DNA of 64,000 bases from Candidatus Moraniibacteriota bacterium (GCA_035390125.1 DAOOTD010000002.1:169908-233907); one strand, 5' to 3'; counted from the first letter of the stretch, positions 29,191 through 39,840 are shown. The notes: a model not told the origin generated them from the sequence alone. Translations and numbers: made by a program.

Positions 29191-29196
29191 TTTTCT

Positions 29197-29874
29197 ATGA
29201 TTGATTGTAAAAATATTACAAAAGTCTATAACAATGGAGGAATTGAAACGGTTGCTCTTCGCAACATTTCTTTCCACGCGGAGAAAGGAGAATTTGTTTC
29301 TATTGTAGGTCCTTCCGGAAGCGGAAAGTCAACCCTGATGCATATTATCGGAGCCCTCGATGTTCCGACCAGCGGAAAATATTTTCTCGACAGCCATGAA
29401 GTTTCTCGTCTTAATGATGATGAACTTTCTGATCTGAGAAGGAATAAAATAGGATTTGTTTTCCAATCTTTTAATCTACTCCCAAGAACAACTGTGCTTA
29501 GAAATGTCATGCTTCCGATGCTGTATTCCGGGCTTAGTGAAGAAGAGAGAGAATCGCGCGCGCGCGAATGCTTGGAATATGCGGGTATGGAGAAAGAAAA
29601 ATTCATGAATCTTTCCAATCAACTTTCTGGAGGACAAATGCAGAGAGTCGCGATAGCGAGAGCGCTCATTAATAATCCTGCCATAATTCTTGCTGACGAA
29701 CCAACTGGAAATTTGGACACGAAAACAAGTCATCTTGTTATGGATGCTCTAAAGGAGCTGAATGAAAAAGGACACACTATAATTCTCATTACGCATGAAA
29801 TAGATGTTGCGAATTATGCTAACAGGATAATCCATATACGTGATGGAATGATTGAGAAGGATGATGTTAAATAG
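29197..29874 (+). CDS. MacB/LolD-type ABC ATPase
   Basis: 'GPSGSGKST', 'LSGGQMQR', 'ILADEPTGNLD'. Confidence 0.94.
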   Translation: MIDCKNITKVYNNGGIETVALRNISFHAEKGEFVSIVGPSGSGKSTLMHIIGALDVPTSGKYFLDSHEVSRLNDDELSDLRRNKIGFVFQSFNLLPRTTVLRNVMLPMLYSGLSEEERESRARECLEYAGMEKEKFMNLSNQLSGGQMQRVAIARALINNPAIILADEPTGNLDTKTSHLVMDALKELNEKGHTIILITHEIDVANYANRIIHIRDGMIEKDDVK

Positions 29875-29919
29875 GATAAAATAAAATGAAATTAAAATTT
29901 TAATTTCATTCATAAATCG

Positions 29920-31137
29920 ATGCTAAAAGATTTGTTTAAAGAAACAATTTGGTCATTGGCTGCAAACAAAGTGAGATCAGGCCTCACTATTTTAGGTATT
30001 GTGATTGGAATTGCTTCGGTGATTGCGCTTGTTGCAGTAGGTCAAGGCGCGCAAAGTTCAATCGAAAAAAATATTGAGGCAATCGGATCAAACCTTATTA
30101 TGATAAGTCCTGGCTCGCAAAGAGTTGGTGGAGTAAGCCAAGGAATAGGAAGTATTCAAACGCTCACAGTTGAAGACGCTGATGCAATCAAAGACGAAAT
30201 TGAAAATATCAAAGCAGTTGCGCCGTCAATTTCCAGGCGTTATCAAGTGACTGCCAAAGGCAACAATACGAACACGCAGGTTATCGGTACCACAGAAGAC
30301 TATTTGACAATCAGAAATGTAAGTATGGACAGTGGCTCGTTTTTCAGTGAACAACAGCTCAAAGGATCATCCAAAGTAGCTGTCGTTGGCCCTTCTGTCA
30401 GGGACGATCTTTTCGGAGAAAATGCTGATCCGGTTGGAAAAACAATAAACATTAATAAAATGGATTTTACGGTGATAGGTATGACGGTTTCCAAGGGCGG
30501 AAGCGGATTTAATAATCAAGATGATGTTATCTATGTTCCGATAACTACAGCCCAGCACTATCTGTCAGGAAATGATTATCTTAATAATATAAGTGTGGCA
30601 GCTGCCGATCAGAATTCCATGGCTGCCGTGCAGGATCAGATTTCCACTTTGCTTTTGACGCGCCACAAAATTTCCGATCCGAACAATGCTGATTTTAATA
30701 TCATGAATCAGAATGATATTATCGCTACAGCTACCAGCATAACCGGAACTTTTACAATGCTGCTTTCTTCTATTGCCGGCATTTCGCTCTTAGTCGGAGG
30801 AATCGGAATTATGAATATGATGCTGACAACTGTTACCGAAAGAACTCGTGAAATCGGACTGAGAAAAGCTGTAGGCATCAGGAAAAAATATATAAACCTG
30901 CAGTTCTTGGCTGAAGCGGTAGCGCTAACTTTTATCGGAGGAATATTGGGGGTTATTGTTGGATGGATAATGTCTTTGGCTATCGCTCATTTTGTCAGCA
31001 ATCTGACGACTAGCATATCACTCTCATCAATTTTGTTGGCATTCGGAGTTTCAGCTGGAGTCGGGATTATTTTCGGCTTTTACCCAGCCCGCCGCGCTGC
31101 CAATCTCAGTCCGATAGAAGCGCTTAGGTATGAATAA
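29920..31137 (+). CDS. MacB/FtsX-type ABC permease
   Basis: 'RSGLTILGIVIG', 'GGIGIMNMML..VTERTREIG', 'PARRAA.L.PIEALRYE'. Confidence 0.94.
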   Translation: MLKDLFKETIWSLAANKVRSGLTILGIVIGIASVIALVAVGQGAQSSIEKNIEAIGSNLIMISPGSQRVGGVSQGIGSIQTLTVEDADAIKDEIENIKAVAPSISRRYQVTAKGNNTNTQVIGTTEDYLTIRNVSMDSGSFFSEQQLKGSSKVAVVGPSVRDDLFGENADPVGKTININKMDFTVIGMTVSKGGSGFNNQDDVIYVPITTAQHYLSGNDYLNNISVAAADQNSMAAVQDQISTLLLTRHKISDPNNADFNIMNQNDIIATATSITGTFTMLLSSIAGISLLVGGIGIMNMMLTTVTERTREIGLRKAVGIRKKYINLQFLAEAVALTFIGGILGVIVGWIMSLAIAHFVSNLTTSISLSSILLAFGVSAGVGIIFGFYPARRAANLSPIEALRYE

Positions 31138-31172
31138 TAGAAATTTAAAACTAAAAAATTAATTTTAAAAAA

Positions 31173-31622
31173 ATGAACAACAAAAAAATTATAATTCTTG
31201 CAGCAATTGCAGTTGTGGCTGTGGGAGTCGGTATGTTTTATGCCGGGATGAAGTATGAAATTAAAAAAGAGAAAACCGGGCAGTTTGACACAAAAGGAAG
31301 TTTTAATGGAGGGCAGCGCGGCAATAGACAGATTCCGGTGCAAAACAGGCCAGGAATGGGCATGGGCGGCGGCAATATGAGTGAAGGCGGATTTATGGGC
31401 GGAGAAATATTATCCAAAGATGATAAGAGTATTACAGTAAAAGACAGAAAGGGAAATTCTAAAATAATTTTCTTTTCTGACTCAACAATAGTCGGAAAAA
31501 CAATCGATGGGTCACTTTCTGATTTGAATGCCGGGCAAGATGTAATGGTCAATGGAAAAACGAATGCTGATGGCAGTATTACTGCCCAAAATATCCAAAT
31601 CCGCCCTTTGCCACAGCAATAA
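31173..31622 (+). CDS. Exported DUF5666-like protein
   Basis: N-terminal TM, Gly/Met-rich linker, OB-like 'GEILSKDDKSITV..L..GQ.V.V.G'. Confidence 0.6.
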   Translation: MNNKKIIILAAIAVVAVGVGMFYAGMKYEIKKEKTGQFDTKGSFNGGQRGNRQIPVQNRPGMGMGGGNMSEGGFMGGEILSKDDKSITVKDRKGNSKIIFFSDSTIVGKTIDGSLSDLNAGQDVMVNGKTNADGSITAQNIQIRPLPQQ

Positions 31623-31780
31623 AAGAACCCTCTTTACTTTTACAGGGAGTATTACAGTGTATATCTCCACACTAATTTAAAACAAAAAACAAAGATTGTT
31701 TTAGCTTGCTTTAGTAATGAAATATGTGGTACTTATATAAAAAGAGAATGTGTAATTGCTTAATTGGTGTGGGGATGTAG

Positions 31781-33031
31781 GTGCTTCCTATGATTAATAA
31801 ATCGAACAATCTTCAATATGCTCCGCCGTCACCAAGTTTTGGCGAGGCAAGGCCATTGGCGGACAGGATGCGTCCCAAAAAACTTGAGGATTTTTTCGGG
31901 CAGGAAGAATTGGTTGGAAAAGATTCTTTCCTCCGAAAAGCCATTCAGGATGACAAAGTTCCATCGCTGATTTTTTGGGGACCTCCGGGTAGCGGAAAAA
32001 CAACCTTAGCTTCAATCATTGCCCATGAAACTAATTCAGAATTTGTGGTTCTTAGCGGTGTTGCCAGTGGAAAAAAAGATCTAATGGCTGTGATTAAAAC
32101 TGCCAAGGAAAACAAAGAAAAAAATATCAAAACTATTTTATTCATTGATGAAATCCACCGTTGGAACAAGGCTCAGCAGGATGCATTGCTGCCTCATGTG
32201 GAGCATGGGGTTGTAACTTTAATCGGAGCGACGACAGAAAATCCAAGCTTTGAAGTAATTTCAGCTTTAATTTCCAGATCGCGTGTACTGGTTCTGAATA
32301 AACTGGAAGCTAAAGATATCCAAAAAATTATTGAGCATGCTTTAAGTGACAAAGAAAATGGTTTTGGCAAACAAAAAATAAAAATTTCCAAGGAAGTTAT
32401 TTCTCATATTGCAGCTTTTGCTAATGGTGACGCGCGCATGGCGTTGAATACTCTGGAAGCAGCTACTCAGCAGAATACAAATGTAACTTCGGAACTCATA
32501 AAAAAAATATTGCAGAAATCGCATCTTTATTATGACAAAACTGGGGAAGAACATTATAATATAATTTCAGCGCTGCATAAATCTATGCGCGGCGGAGATG
32601 CCAATGCGGCTTTGTATTGGCTGGCACGGATGCTGGAGGGTGGAGAAGAACCAAGATATGTCGCCAGGAGACTGTTCCGTTTTGCTTCCGAGGACGTTGG
32701 CTTGGCGGATAATTTTGCTGTGGTCTTAGCTAATAGTGTCTTTGATGCCTGCCATAAAATCGGTATGCCGGAATGTAGCGTGCATCTAGCGCAATTGGTA
32801 ATATATCTTTCCAATGCCAAGAAAAGCGTAAGCGCCTATATGGCATACGGAAAAGCCAAGAGGGACGTTGAACAATATGGAAATCTGCCGGTGCCGATGC
32901 ACATCCGCAATGCGCCGACAAAACTTATGGAAAAATTAGGTTATGGAAAAGGTTATAAATATACACCACTTGAAGACAGCACAGGACAACAATACTTGCC
33001 GGATAAATTAAAAAACAAAAAATACATTTAA
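31781..33031 (+). CDS. rarA: Replication-associated recombination protein RarA/MgsA
   Basis: 'PLADRMRP', 'GPPGSGKTT', 'FIDEIHR', 'GATTENPSF', 'SALHKSMRG'. Confidence 0.94.
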   Translation: MLPMINKSNNLQYAPPSPSFGEARPLADRMRPKKLEDFFGQEELVGKDSFLRKAIQDDKVPSLIFWGPPGSGKTTLASIIAHETNSEFVVLSGVASGKKDLMAVIKTAKENKEKNIKTILFIDEIHRWNKAQQDALLPHVEHGVVTLIGATTENPSFEVISALISRSRVLVLNKLEAKDIQKIIEHALSDKENGFGKQKIKISKEVISHIAAFANGDARMALNTLEAATQQNTNVTSELIKKILQKSHLYYDKTGEEHYNIISALHKSMRGGDANAALYWLARMLEGGEEPRYVARRLFRFASEDVGLADNFAVVLANSVFDACHKIGMPECSVHLAQLVIYLSNAKKSVSAYMAYGKAKRDVEQYGNLPVPMHIRNAPTKLMEKLGYGKGYKYTPLEDSTGQQYLPDKLKNKKYI

Positions 33032-33289
33032 AAGGCTTGATTTTTTTCTCGATTGGGTGTATAATTAACGTATTGAAATAGATAGAGCAGAAACGGGTGA
33101 ACCCCGTTTTTGTTTTATTCTAAGCTCAATAAGCACAATTTAATACAAAAACAAAAACAAACCTCAGAAATCATGCTACTAACAGCATAAAATTAACAAA
33201 GTTATTTGTCATAGGTTTGGAAAGAGGACATTAGTCCTCTTTTTACTATAAAATTTCTTCTTTATTTGTTTTTTTGGTAACATAAAGAT

Positions 33290-34288
33290 ATGAAAAATTT
33301 CTGGCAAAAATTAGCGAAAGAAAAAAAAACTTTTTTTGCATTAGCACCAATGCATGATATCACTGACATTGCCCAAAGGCAGATGCTTGTTAAATATGGC
33401 AAACCTGATGTTCTGTATACCGAATTCGTAGCTTGTGATGGGTTGGTAGACAAAAAAGGAAGAAAAGTATTAATGAAAACTTTGCGTTTTTTTGAAAATG
33501 AACATCCGCTTGTCGCCCAATTTTTTGGAGCCAAGCCAGAAAATTTCCGCGAATGCGCAAAAATTGCCCGCAAACTTGGTTTTGATGGTATTGATATAAA
33601 CATGGGTTGTCCTGACAAAAGCATAGTAGATCAGGGAGCTGGCGCGGCGCTTATAAAAAATCCGAAAAGAGCCAGAGAAATTATACGTGCTACCAAAGAA
33701 GGAGCTGGTAGTTTGCCTGTTTCCGTGAAAACCCGAATTGGATATAATGAAAATGAAATTAAAAAGTGGCTTCCTGAACTATTGGCCGAAGAACCGGCGG
33801 CAATAACAGTTCATGGACGGACAAAAAAGCAAATGTTTACCGGCAAAGCAGATTGGGATGCGATTGCGCAAGCTGCAGAAATTGCCAAGGGGCTCGGAGT
33901 CATAATTATAGGAAATGGTGATGTAGAAAGCATTAAAGATGGAATCTTGAAAGCTAGAAAAGCGAAAATTAGCGGTATTATGGTTGGGCGGAGAATACTT
34001 GGAAATCCTTGGTTTTTTAACCGTAAAATAAAAATAGAAAAAATTTCTGTCAAAGAAAGGCTACAGGCTATGATAGAACATGTGAAAATTTTTGAGAAAG
34101 AGCTAAAAGGAATAAAAAACTATGATGTAATAAAAAAACATTACGCCACTTATGCTAGGGGTTTTGACGGCGCCAAAGAACTCCGCATGGAACTTATGAA
34201 AACCAGGAATGCTAAGCAAACAGAAAAGGTTGTGCAAGATTTTTTAAAAAAGTTGTATAATATAAATAAGATAAATATAAAAATATGA
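33290..34288 (+). CDS. dus: tRNA-dihydrouridine synthase
   Basis: 'LAPM', 'DINMGCP', 'VKTRIG', 'HGRT', 'GNGD'. Confidence 0.92.
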   Translation: MKNFWQKLAKEKKTFFALAPMHDITDIAQRQMLVKYGKPDVLYTEFVACDGLVDKKGRKVLMKTLRFFENEHPLVAQFFGAKPENFRECAKIARKLGFDGIDINMGCPDKSIVDQGAGAALIKNPKRAREIIRATKEGAGSLPVSVKTRIGYNENEIKKWLPELLAEEPAAITVHGRTKKQMFTGKADWDAIAQAAEIAKGLGVIIIGNGDVESIKDGILKARKAKISGIMVGRRILGNPWFFNRKIKIEKISVKERLQAMIEHVKIFEKELKGIKNYDVIKKHYATYARGFDGAKELRMELMKTRNAKQTEKVVQDFLKKLYNINKINIKI

Positions 34289-34647
34289 AAATTATCATTC
34301 ATTGGTTTTTGTCAGCGGTAGCTATTGTTATAACGGCCTATCTGTTGCCGACAGAAGCAATTTTTGTTCAAAGTTTTTTTGTGGCTCTGGTAGTGGCTGT
34401 GGTTTTGGGATTTTTAAATACCATAATAAAGCCGATTCTAATCCTATTATCATTACCTTTTCAAATATTAACATTAGGCTTATTTACTTTCGTAATTAAT
34501 GCCGGACTGGTTTTGCTAACTAGCCGGATTGTCGATGGTTTTCACGTGCAAGATTTTTGGTGGGCGTTGGCTTTCAGTCTTGTGCTTTGGTTAGTCAACA
34601 CGTTTCTTCATTTTTTCGAACCAAGCAAAAAGCATAATCATGAATAA
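34285..34647 (+). CDS. Phage_holin_4_2 / YvlD family membrane protein
   Basis: 'LNTIIKPIL.LL.LP...LTLGLFTFVINA'. Confidence 0.85.
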   Translation: MKIIIHWFLSAVAIVITAYLLPTEAIFVQSFFVALVVAVVLGFLNTIIKPILILLSLPFQILTLGLFTFVINAGLVLLTSRIVDGFHVQDFWWALAFSLVLWLVNTFLHFFEPSKKHNHE

Positions 34648-34777
34648 AAAATGGACAATTAGTGAAATATGTGCTATAATCGACTTAGATAGGCTAAAAA
34701 TAAGCTCTATTTCTATAATTTTGTTAGCTTTTTAGACGGGTGACCGTCTTTTTTTATTAATTTTAAAAAACAAACAT

Positions 34778-35965
34778 ATGTCAAAAATTGAAGGAAATTA
34801 TTCAAGAGAATCTTATGATAAAACCCAAGAGGATGAGGCAAATCTAAAGCAACAGATAGGTAACGCAAAATCTGCCGATGAAATGATAGAAATCGCCACG
34901 AAACTCAAAGAAATCGAGAGCAACAAACAAGAACTTCATGATGCCGCTTATGATGAAGCTTTGGCTGAAAATCAAGCAAGAATGCAGAGGGGCGAGTTAA
35001 AGGAAAGTGGTTCGGAAAAAACAATGTACGAAGAAGCGGAAGACGAAAATAAGGAATTTGAAAAAGCTAAAAATATAAATCAGCTCGAAGAGACTTCCAA
35101 AAATTTAAAAGAACAATTAAACCAAGCAAAATCTGCCGATGAGATGATAGAGATTGCAAAACAATTAAAGGAGATTGAAGAAAAAAAGAAAGAAATTGAA
35201 GGAGGTTCGCAAAAAGAGGAAACAGGGGAGAAAATTACAACTATAGAAGAATTAAAATCGAAAGATAGTGAAGATACTACTAAAAAAATTGAGGAAATAC
35301 GAAAAAAAATAAATGGAGGAGAGGAGGATAAAAATAAGAATGAAGCGCAACAAGAAAATCCCTTTTTAAAATATGCATATCATGACCAAGAATCATACCA
35401 AAAAACAATGAAACAACTTCATAATGATGAAATGAATCAAATAAATGAATTAGTTGGTCAAATTGAAAATGGAACAATCAGTAGCTTAGATAAATTTAAA
35501 TTAAAAGAGCTGATGTGGAGAAAACAAGGTGGGATGAAAGAAGAAGAAAGGAATTCTATCTGGGAAAAGATAGATGGATCATCAAAGAAAAAGAATGAAG
35601 TGCAACAAGAAAAACCAATGCCATCTGCAGAAGATATAGAAAGTGCCGAAAAAATATTCGGAAAAGTATTGCAGGGTCCAATGACTTCAGAGCAATTTGA
35701 GGGTAGTAAGATTTTTTTATGTCAGGGACCTGATAGCAAACTTCGATATTATGCTATTAGACGTAATTCAAAGGGTTCCTTGGAGGGAAATGAGTTTTCT
35801 CTTATGGAAAAAACAGATGGTCAATGGAAGAATTTTATTTCAACTGGACTGCATCGGATTGATAATCGCGATCCTAATGTTACGACTGGGCCGACTTATC
35901 AAATGCATAGCTCTGAACTAGAAAAAATGGAAACATTGCTCCGATCTTACGATATAAAAATTTAA
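34778..35965 (+). CDS. Hypothetical coiled-coil protein with internal duplication
   Basis: Glu/Lys-rich; 'AKSADEMIEIA..LKEIE' occurs twice. Confidence 0.75.
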   Translation: MSKIEGNYSRESYDKTQEDEANLKQQIGNAKSADEMIEIATKLKEIESNKQELHDAAYDEALAENQARMQRGELKESGSEKTMYEEAEDENKEFEKAKNINQLEETSKNLKEQLNQAKSADEMIEIAKQLKEIEEKKKEIEGGSQKEETGEKITTIEELKSKDSEDTTKKIEEIRKKINGGEEDKNKNEAQQENPFLKYAYHDQESYQKTMKQLHNDEMNQINELVGQIENGTISSLDKFKLKELMWRKQGGMKEEERNSIWEKIDGSSKKKNEVQQEKPMPSAEDIESAEKIFGKVLQGPMTSEQFEGSKIFLCQGPDSKLRYYAIRRNSKGSLEGNEFSLMEKTDGQWKNFISTGLHRIDNRDPNVTTGPTYQMHSSELEKMETLLRSYDIKI

Positions 35966-36040
35966 AAAGATTTAAAAAGCAAATTTATTTGTTTTTGTGA
36001 GAATGATATATTTTGTGCAATTTCCAAATTAAGATAAATA

Positions 36041-36074
36041 AAAACACTGCTTAAATAAATCAAGTGGTGTTTTT
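36041..36074. terminator. Bidirectional terminator
   Basis: aaaacactgctt-loop-aagtggtgtttt. Confidence 0.6.
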
Positions 36075-37035
36075 ATTTTTCCTTCTCAATCTTATTCAGC
36101 AATTCTTTGACTTTTTGGATGCTATCCCAGTCATGGATTGAGATTGGCAAAATATTGGAAGAAATTTTTTCCAGCTTCTTAATTTTTTTCTTAAGCTCTT
36201 CCGGCGAAACAATATCGGTTTTGCTAATGAAAATATATTCCGGTTTTTTAAGTAAAATTGGGTTGTATTTCTCCAATTCTTTTCTTATGGTTTTATAATC
36301 TTTGATTGGGTCTTCAGATTCAACTGATAAAAAGTGAAAAAGAATTTTTGTGCGTTCAACGTGCCGCAAAAATTTTATGCCTAAGCCCTTGCCCTCAGAA
36401 GCTCCTTCAATCAGTCCCGGAATATCAGCTAAAATAAGCCCATAGTAGACGCCTAAATTTGGTTCAAGTGTGGTGAATTGATAATTGGCGACTTTGGCGC
36501 TGGCATTGGTGATCTCATTGAGCAGGCTTGATTTTCCAGCATTGGGAAGTCCGACAAATCCAACATCGGCAATCAATTTTAGCTCCAGACGCAAATTGAA
36601 ATGCTCGCCAAGTTTTCCTTCTTCAAATTCTTCCGGAGTTGTGTTGGTTGAAGACCTGAAAAGAAAATTTCCGCGGCCGCCTTTGCCGCCCTTGGCAACC
36701 AAAATTTCTTGTCCGACTTTAGTTATTTCTAAATCTTCCTTGGTGTCTAGATTATGGATAACAGTTCCGATAGGAACTTTTATGGCTAAATTTTCACCAT
36801 CTGGACCATCGCAAAACTGGCCCTTGCCATCGCGGCCGTTTTGAGCGCTAAGCTGCTTTTTATAGCGGAACTGGCCAAGCGCATTAAGATCAGAAACACC
36901 AATGAAAATTATATTTCCTCCATTACCGCCGCTTCCACCAGCAGGCCCAAGACTCATAAGATTCTTGTTAAAACTCGCGCATCCTTTTCCGCCATGCCCG
37001 GCAGTTATTTCAATTTTTACGTCATCAATCAGCAT
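36073..37035 (-). CDS. obgE: GTPase ObgE
   Basis: Gly-rich Obg fold, 'LELKLIADVGFVGLPNAGKSS', 'FTTLEP', 'DIPG'. Confidence 0.95.
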   Translation of the reverse strand: MLIDDVKIEITAGHGGKGCASFNKNLMSLGPAGGSGGNGGNIIFIGVSDLNALGQFRYKKQLSAQNGRDGKGQFCDGPDGENLAIKVPIGTVIHNLDTKEDLEITKVGQEILVAKGGKGGRGNFLFRSSTNTTPEEFEEGKLGEHFNLRLELKLIADVGFVGLPNAGKSSLLNEITNASAKVANYQFTTLEPNLGVYYGLILADIPGLIEGASEGKGLGIKFLRHVERTKILFHFLSVESEDPIKDYKTIRKELEKYNPILLKKPEYIFISKTDIVSPEELKKKIKKLEKISSNILPISIHDWDSIQKVKELLNKIEKEK

Positions 37036-37119
37036 AACTGAATAAGTATAAAATAAAATCTCAAAAAAGGCAATGCTTTATGTTTGCTTATGCCTTTTTC
37101 TGTGCTAAAATAAGGGAAG

Positions 37120-38418
37120 ATGAATAAAAAAACAAAAAAATTGGCTTTAATAATGGCCTGGGCTTTAACAGTTCCTGTATTTTTAGTGTCCCAGATTTCT
37201 TTTTGGCAGGCTCCAGTCATTGTTGTTTATGCAGCAGACAGTATATCCAATATTGAAGAAGAAAAAGAAGAAATTGAAGACAAAATCGAAAGAGAACAAA
37301 AAGCCCTGCAAAAAAGCCAACAGGAACTTTCACAAATACAAGGCGCAGTTAATTCAACTCAATCAGCCATAAATAAGACCCAGTCTGATTTGAATAAAGT
37401 TAAAGAAACAATTTCTCGTAAGGAAATGGAAATAGTAAATTTGAATGATCAGATAAAATTGAGTGAAGAAGCACTGAAAAGTTTTTTACAAAAAATTTAT
37501 TATATAAAAAATAAGGCTATTCTGGAAGTGGTTCTATCTGAAGAAAGTTTCACGGGCATGTTTTCTAGTGTTGATAATATCCTGACTCTTGAAGATAAGA
37601 TTATGGATATGACAAATAAAATTTCAGAAACAAAAAAACAGGTTGAACAAGACAAAATTGAGCTAGCCGATATAAAAGAAAAACATGAGGATGTTTTAGA
37701 AAAAAGAATTGATGAAAAGCAGGGCTTACTTGCAGATAAAGCAGAAGCTGCATCAGATGTAGCAGAAAAAGAAGCAACAATTGAAGAATTACAGGCGAAA
37801 TTAGCAGAATTGGAAAGCGATTTAAATGTTTTAACCGGAAAATCATTCAACGCTAAAGACATTAAAGAAGCGGTCGAATATGCTAGTGATAAGACGGGAG
37901 TTCCAAAGGGGGTTCTTTATGGATTTTTGAAAATGGAAACGAATTTAGGGGCCAATACGGGACAGTGTACTTATAAAGAAGTTGAAAAAGTGGCAATTGC
38001 AAGGTATAAGAAATACGGATCAAAATACAAGAACTCAATTGCATTGCTTTATAAAAGGAGGGACCTTTTTTATGATTTAGTGGACGATTTAGGATACAGT
38101 AAAAGTAAAAAAGTTTCCTGTTCGCCAAGTGGTTATATCGGACAAGGAGGAGCTATGGGTGTCCCACAATTCATGTCTGACACGTGGCAAGGATATAAAT
38201 CAAGGATAACTGCCAAGACTGGGCATAAAACGCCGGATCCATGGGATTTAACTGACGGTGTTATGGCTATGGCTATAAAATTGAGGGAAGCTGGAGCAAC
38301 TTCAGACAGTAAAACTGCAATTAAAAAAGCTTCAATCAATTATCTGGGAACATTCTATGCAAATTATTACAATGGCATAGTTTATTGGTCTAAGAATTAC
38401 AAGCGGCTTTTTAATTAA
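37120..38418 (+). CDS. Exported coiled-coil protein with lytic transglycosylase-like domain
   Basis: Signal peptide, long coiled coil, 'METNLG', 'GAMGVPQFMSDTW', 'DPWD'. Confidence 0.8.
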   Translation: MNKKTKKLALIMAWALTVPVFLVSQISFWQAPVIVVYAADSISNIEEEKEEIEDKIEREQKALQKSQQELSQIQGAVNSTQSAINKTQSDLNKVKETISRKEMEIVNLNDQIKLSEEALKSFLQKIYYIKNKAILEVVLSEESFTGMFSSVDNILTLEDKIMDMTNKISETKKQVEQDKIELADIKEKHEDVLEKRIDEKQGLLADKAEAASDVAEKEATIEELQAKLAELESDLNVLTGKSFNAKDIKEAVEYASDKTGVPKGVLYGFLKMETNLGANTGQCTYKEVEKVAIARYKKYGSKYKNSIALLYKRRDLFYDLVDDLGYSKSKKVSCSPSGYIGQGGAMGVPQFMSDTWQGYKSRITAKTGHKTPDPWDLTDGVMAMAIKLREAGATSDSKTAIKKASINYLGTFYANYYNGIVYWSKNYKRLFN

Positions 38419-38424
38419 TGAGTT

Positions 38425-39840
38425 ATGAATAATAAACTTTACATAACAACTACTTTACCATACGTTAATGCTCAGCCTCATATTGGTTATGCTTGGGAGG
38501 TGGTTAGGGCAGATGCCTGGGCAAGATTTCAAAGACTTTCAGGCCATGAAGTTTTTTTCAATATCGGGACAGATGAACATGGGGCTAAAATTTATGAGCG
38601 TGCCAAGGAGCTAGGCATTGATACGCAGGCCTATTGCGATCAACAGGTAGAAAAATTCAAAGAATTGAAAAATATTTTAAATTTAAGCTTCGATAATTTT
38701 ATTCGTACAACCGATGAACATCATATTCAGGCAGCCCAGAAATTCTGGAAACAGGCTGATGCCAATGGTTATATTTACAAGAAAAATTACAAGACTAAAT
38801 ATTGCATAGGTTGTGAGATGGAGAAGACAGATTCAGAGCTTATTGACGATTGCTGTCCATTGCATCCTGACAGAAAAATTCAAATTGTAGAGGAGGAAAA
38901 TTATTTCTTTAAATTTTCAGCTTTTCAGAAAGAATTGTTGGATTTATATGAAATAAATCCTGAATTTGTAGTGCCAAAACATCGTTTTAATGAAATTAAA
39001 AAATTTGTAGAGATGGGTCTCATGGACTTCAGTATTTCCAGGATAAAAGAAAAGATGCCTTGGGGTGTACCAGTTCCAGGCGATGAAAACCATGTAATTT
39101 ATGTCTGGTTTGACGCTCTAGTTAACTATATTTCGGCTATTGGTTGGCCAGATGATCTGGAGAAATTTAATTCTTGGTGGCCGGGAATTCAAGTAGCCGG
39201 CAAGGACAACATTCGCCAGCAGTCAGCTATGTGGCAGGCGATGCTTTTGTCAAATAAACTGCCTCCGTCCAAGCAGATTTTTATAAACAGTTTCATAACC
39301 AGTAATGGGCAAAAAATGTCCAAGTCATTAGGAAATGTTATTTCACCCTATGAAATGGTTGAAAAATTCGATGTCGATGGCACGCGCTATCTTTTGCTTA
39401 TCCTTAATAGCTTTGGGGATGATGTGGATATTAATTGGGGCTGGATGGTAGAAAAATATAATGCTGATTTGGCAAATGGACTAGGCAATCTAACTTCACG
39501 AGTTATAAAACTTGCTAAAAATTTTAAATTTAAAATTTCAGATTTCAGATCAAGTCCTAATGAAAAAATATCTAATTTCTTAAAAAATTTAGAGATAAAT
39601 AAGGCGTTGGAATATATATGGGATATTGTAAAAGAAGATAATAAATATATTGAAGATAATAAACCATGGGAACTTTCTAAAAATGACGAGAATAAGTTTA
39701 AAGAAGTTATGGAAAAATTAATCTCAGATCTTCATCTCATATCTCAATTTCTAGCGCCTTTTTTGCCTGAAACATCAGAAAAAATCAAAAAAGCATTGGA
39801 AACAAAGCAGGTTGAGCCTCTTTTCCAAAGAATAAAGTAG
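38425..39840 (+). CDS. metG: Methionine--tRNA ligase
   Basis: 'YVNAQPHIG', 'GTDEHG', 'YVWFDAL', 'KMSKS'. Confidence 0.95.
   Translation: MNNKLYITTTLPYVNAQPHIGYAWEVVRADAWARFQRLSGHEVFFNIGTDEHGAKIYERAKELGIDTQAYCDQQVEKFKELKNILNLSFDNFIRTTDEHHIQAAQKFWKQADANGYIYKKNYKTKYCIGCEMEKTDSELIDDCCPLHPDRKIQIVEEENYFFKFSAFQKELLDLYEINPEFVVPKHRFNEIKKFVEMGLMDFSISRIKEKMPWGVPVPGDENHVIYVWFDALVNYISAIGWPDDLEKFNSWWPGIQVAGKDNIRQQSAMWQAMLLSNKLPPSKQIFINSFITSNGQKMSKSLGNVISPYEMVEKFDVDGTRYLLLILNSFGDDVDINWGWMVEKYNADLANGLGNLTSRVIKLAKNFKFKISDFRSSPNEKISNFLKNLEINKALEYIWDIVKEDNKYIEDNKPWELSKNDENKFKEVMEKLISDLHLISQFLAPFLPETSEKIKKALETKQVEPLFQRIK

Noticed and set aside
34285-34647. Holin-family gene as evidence of a prophage
   Set aside because: This family is commonly chromosomal, and the neighbours are housekeeping genes with no phage structural genes.
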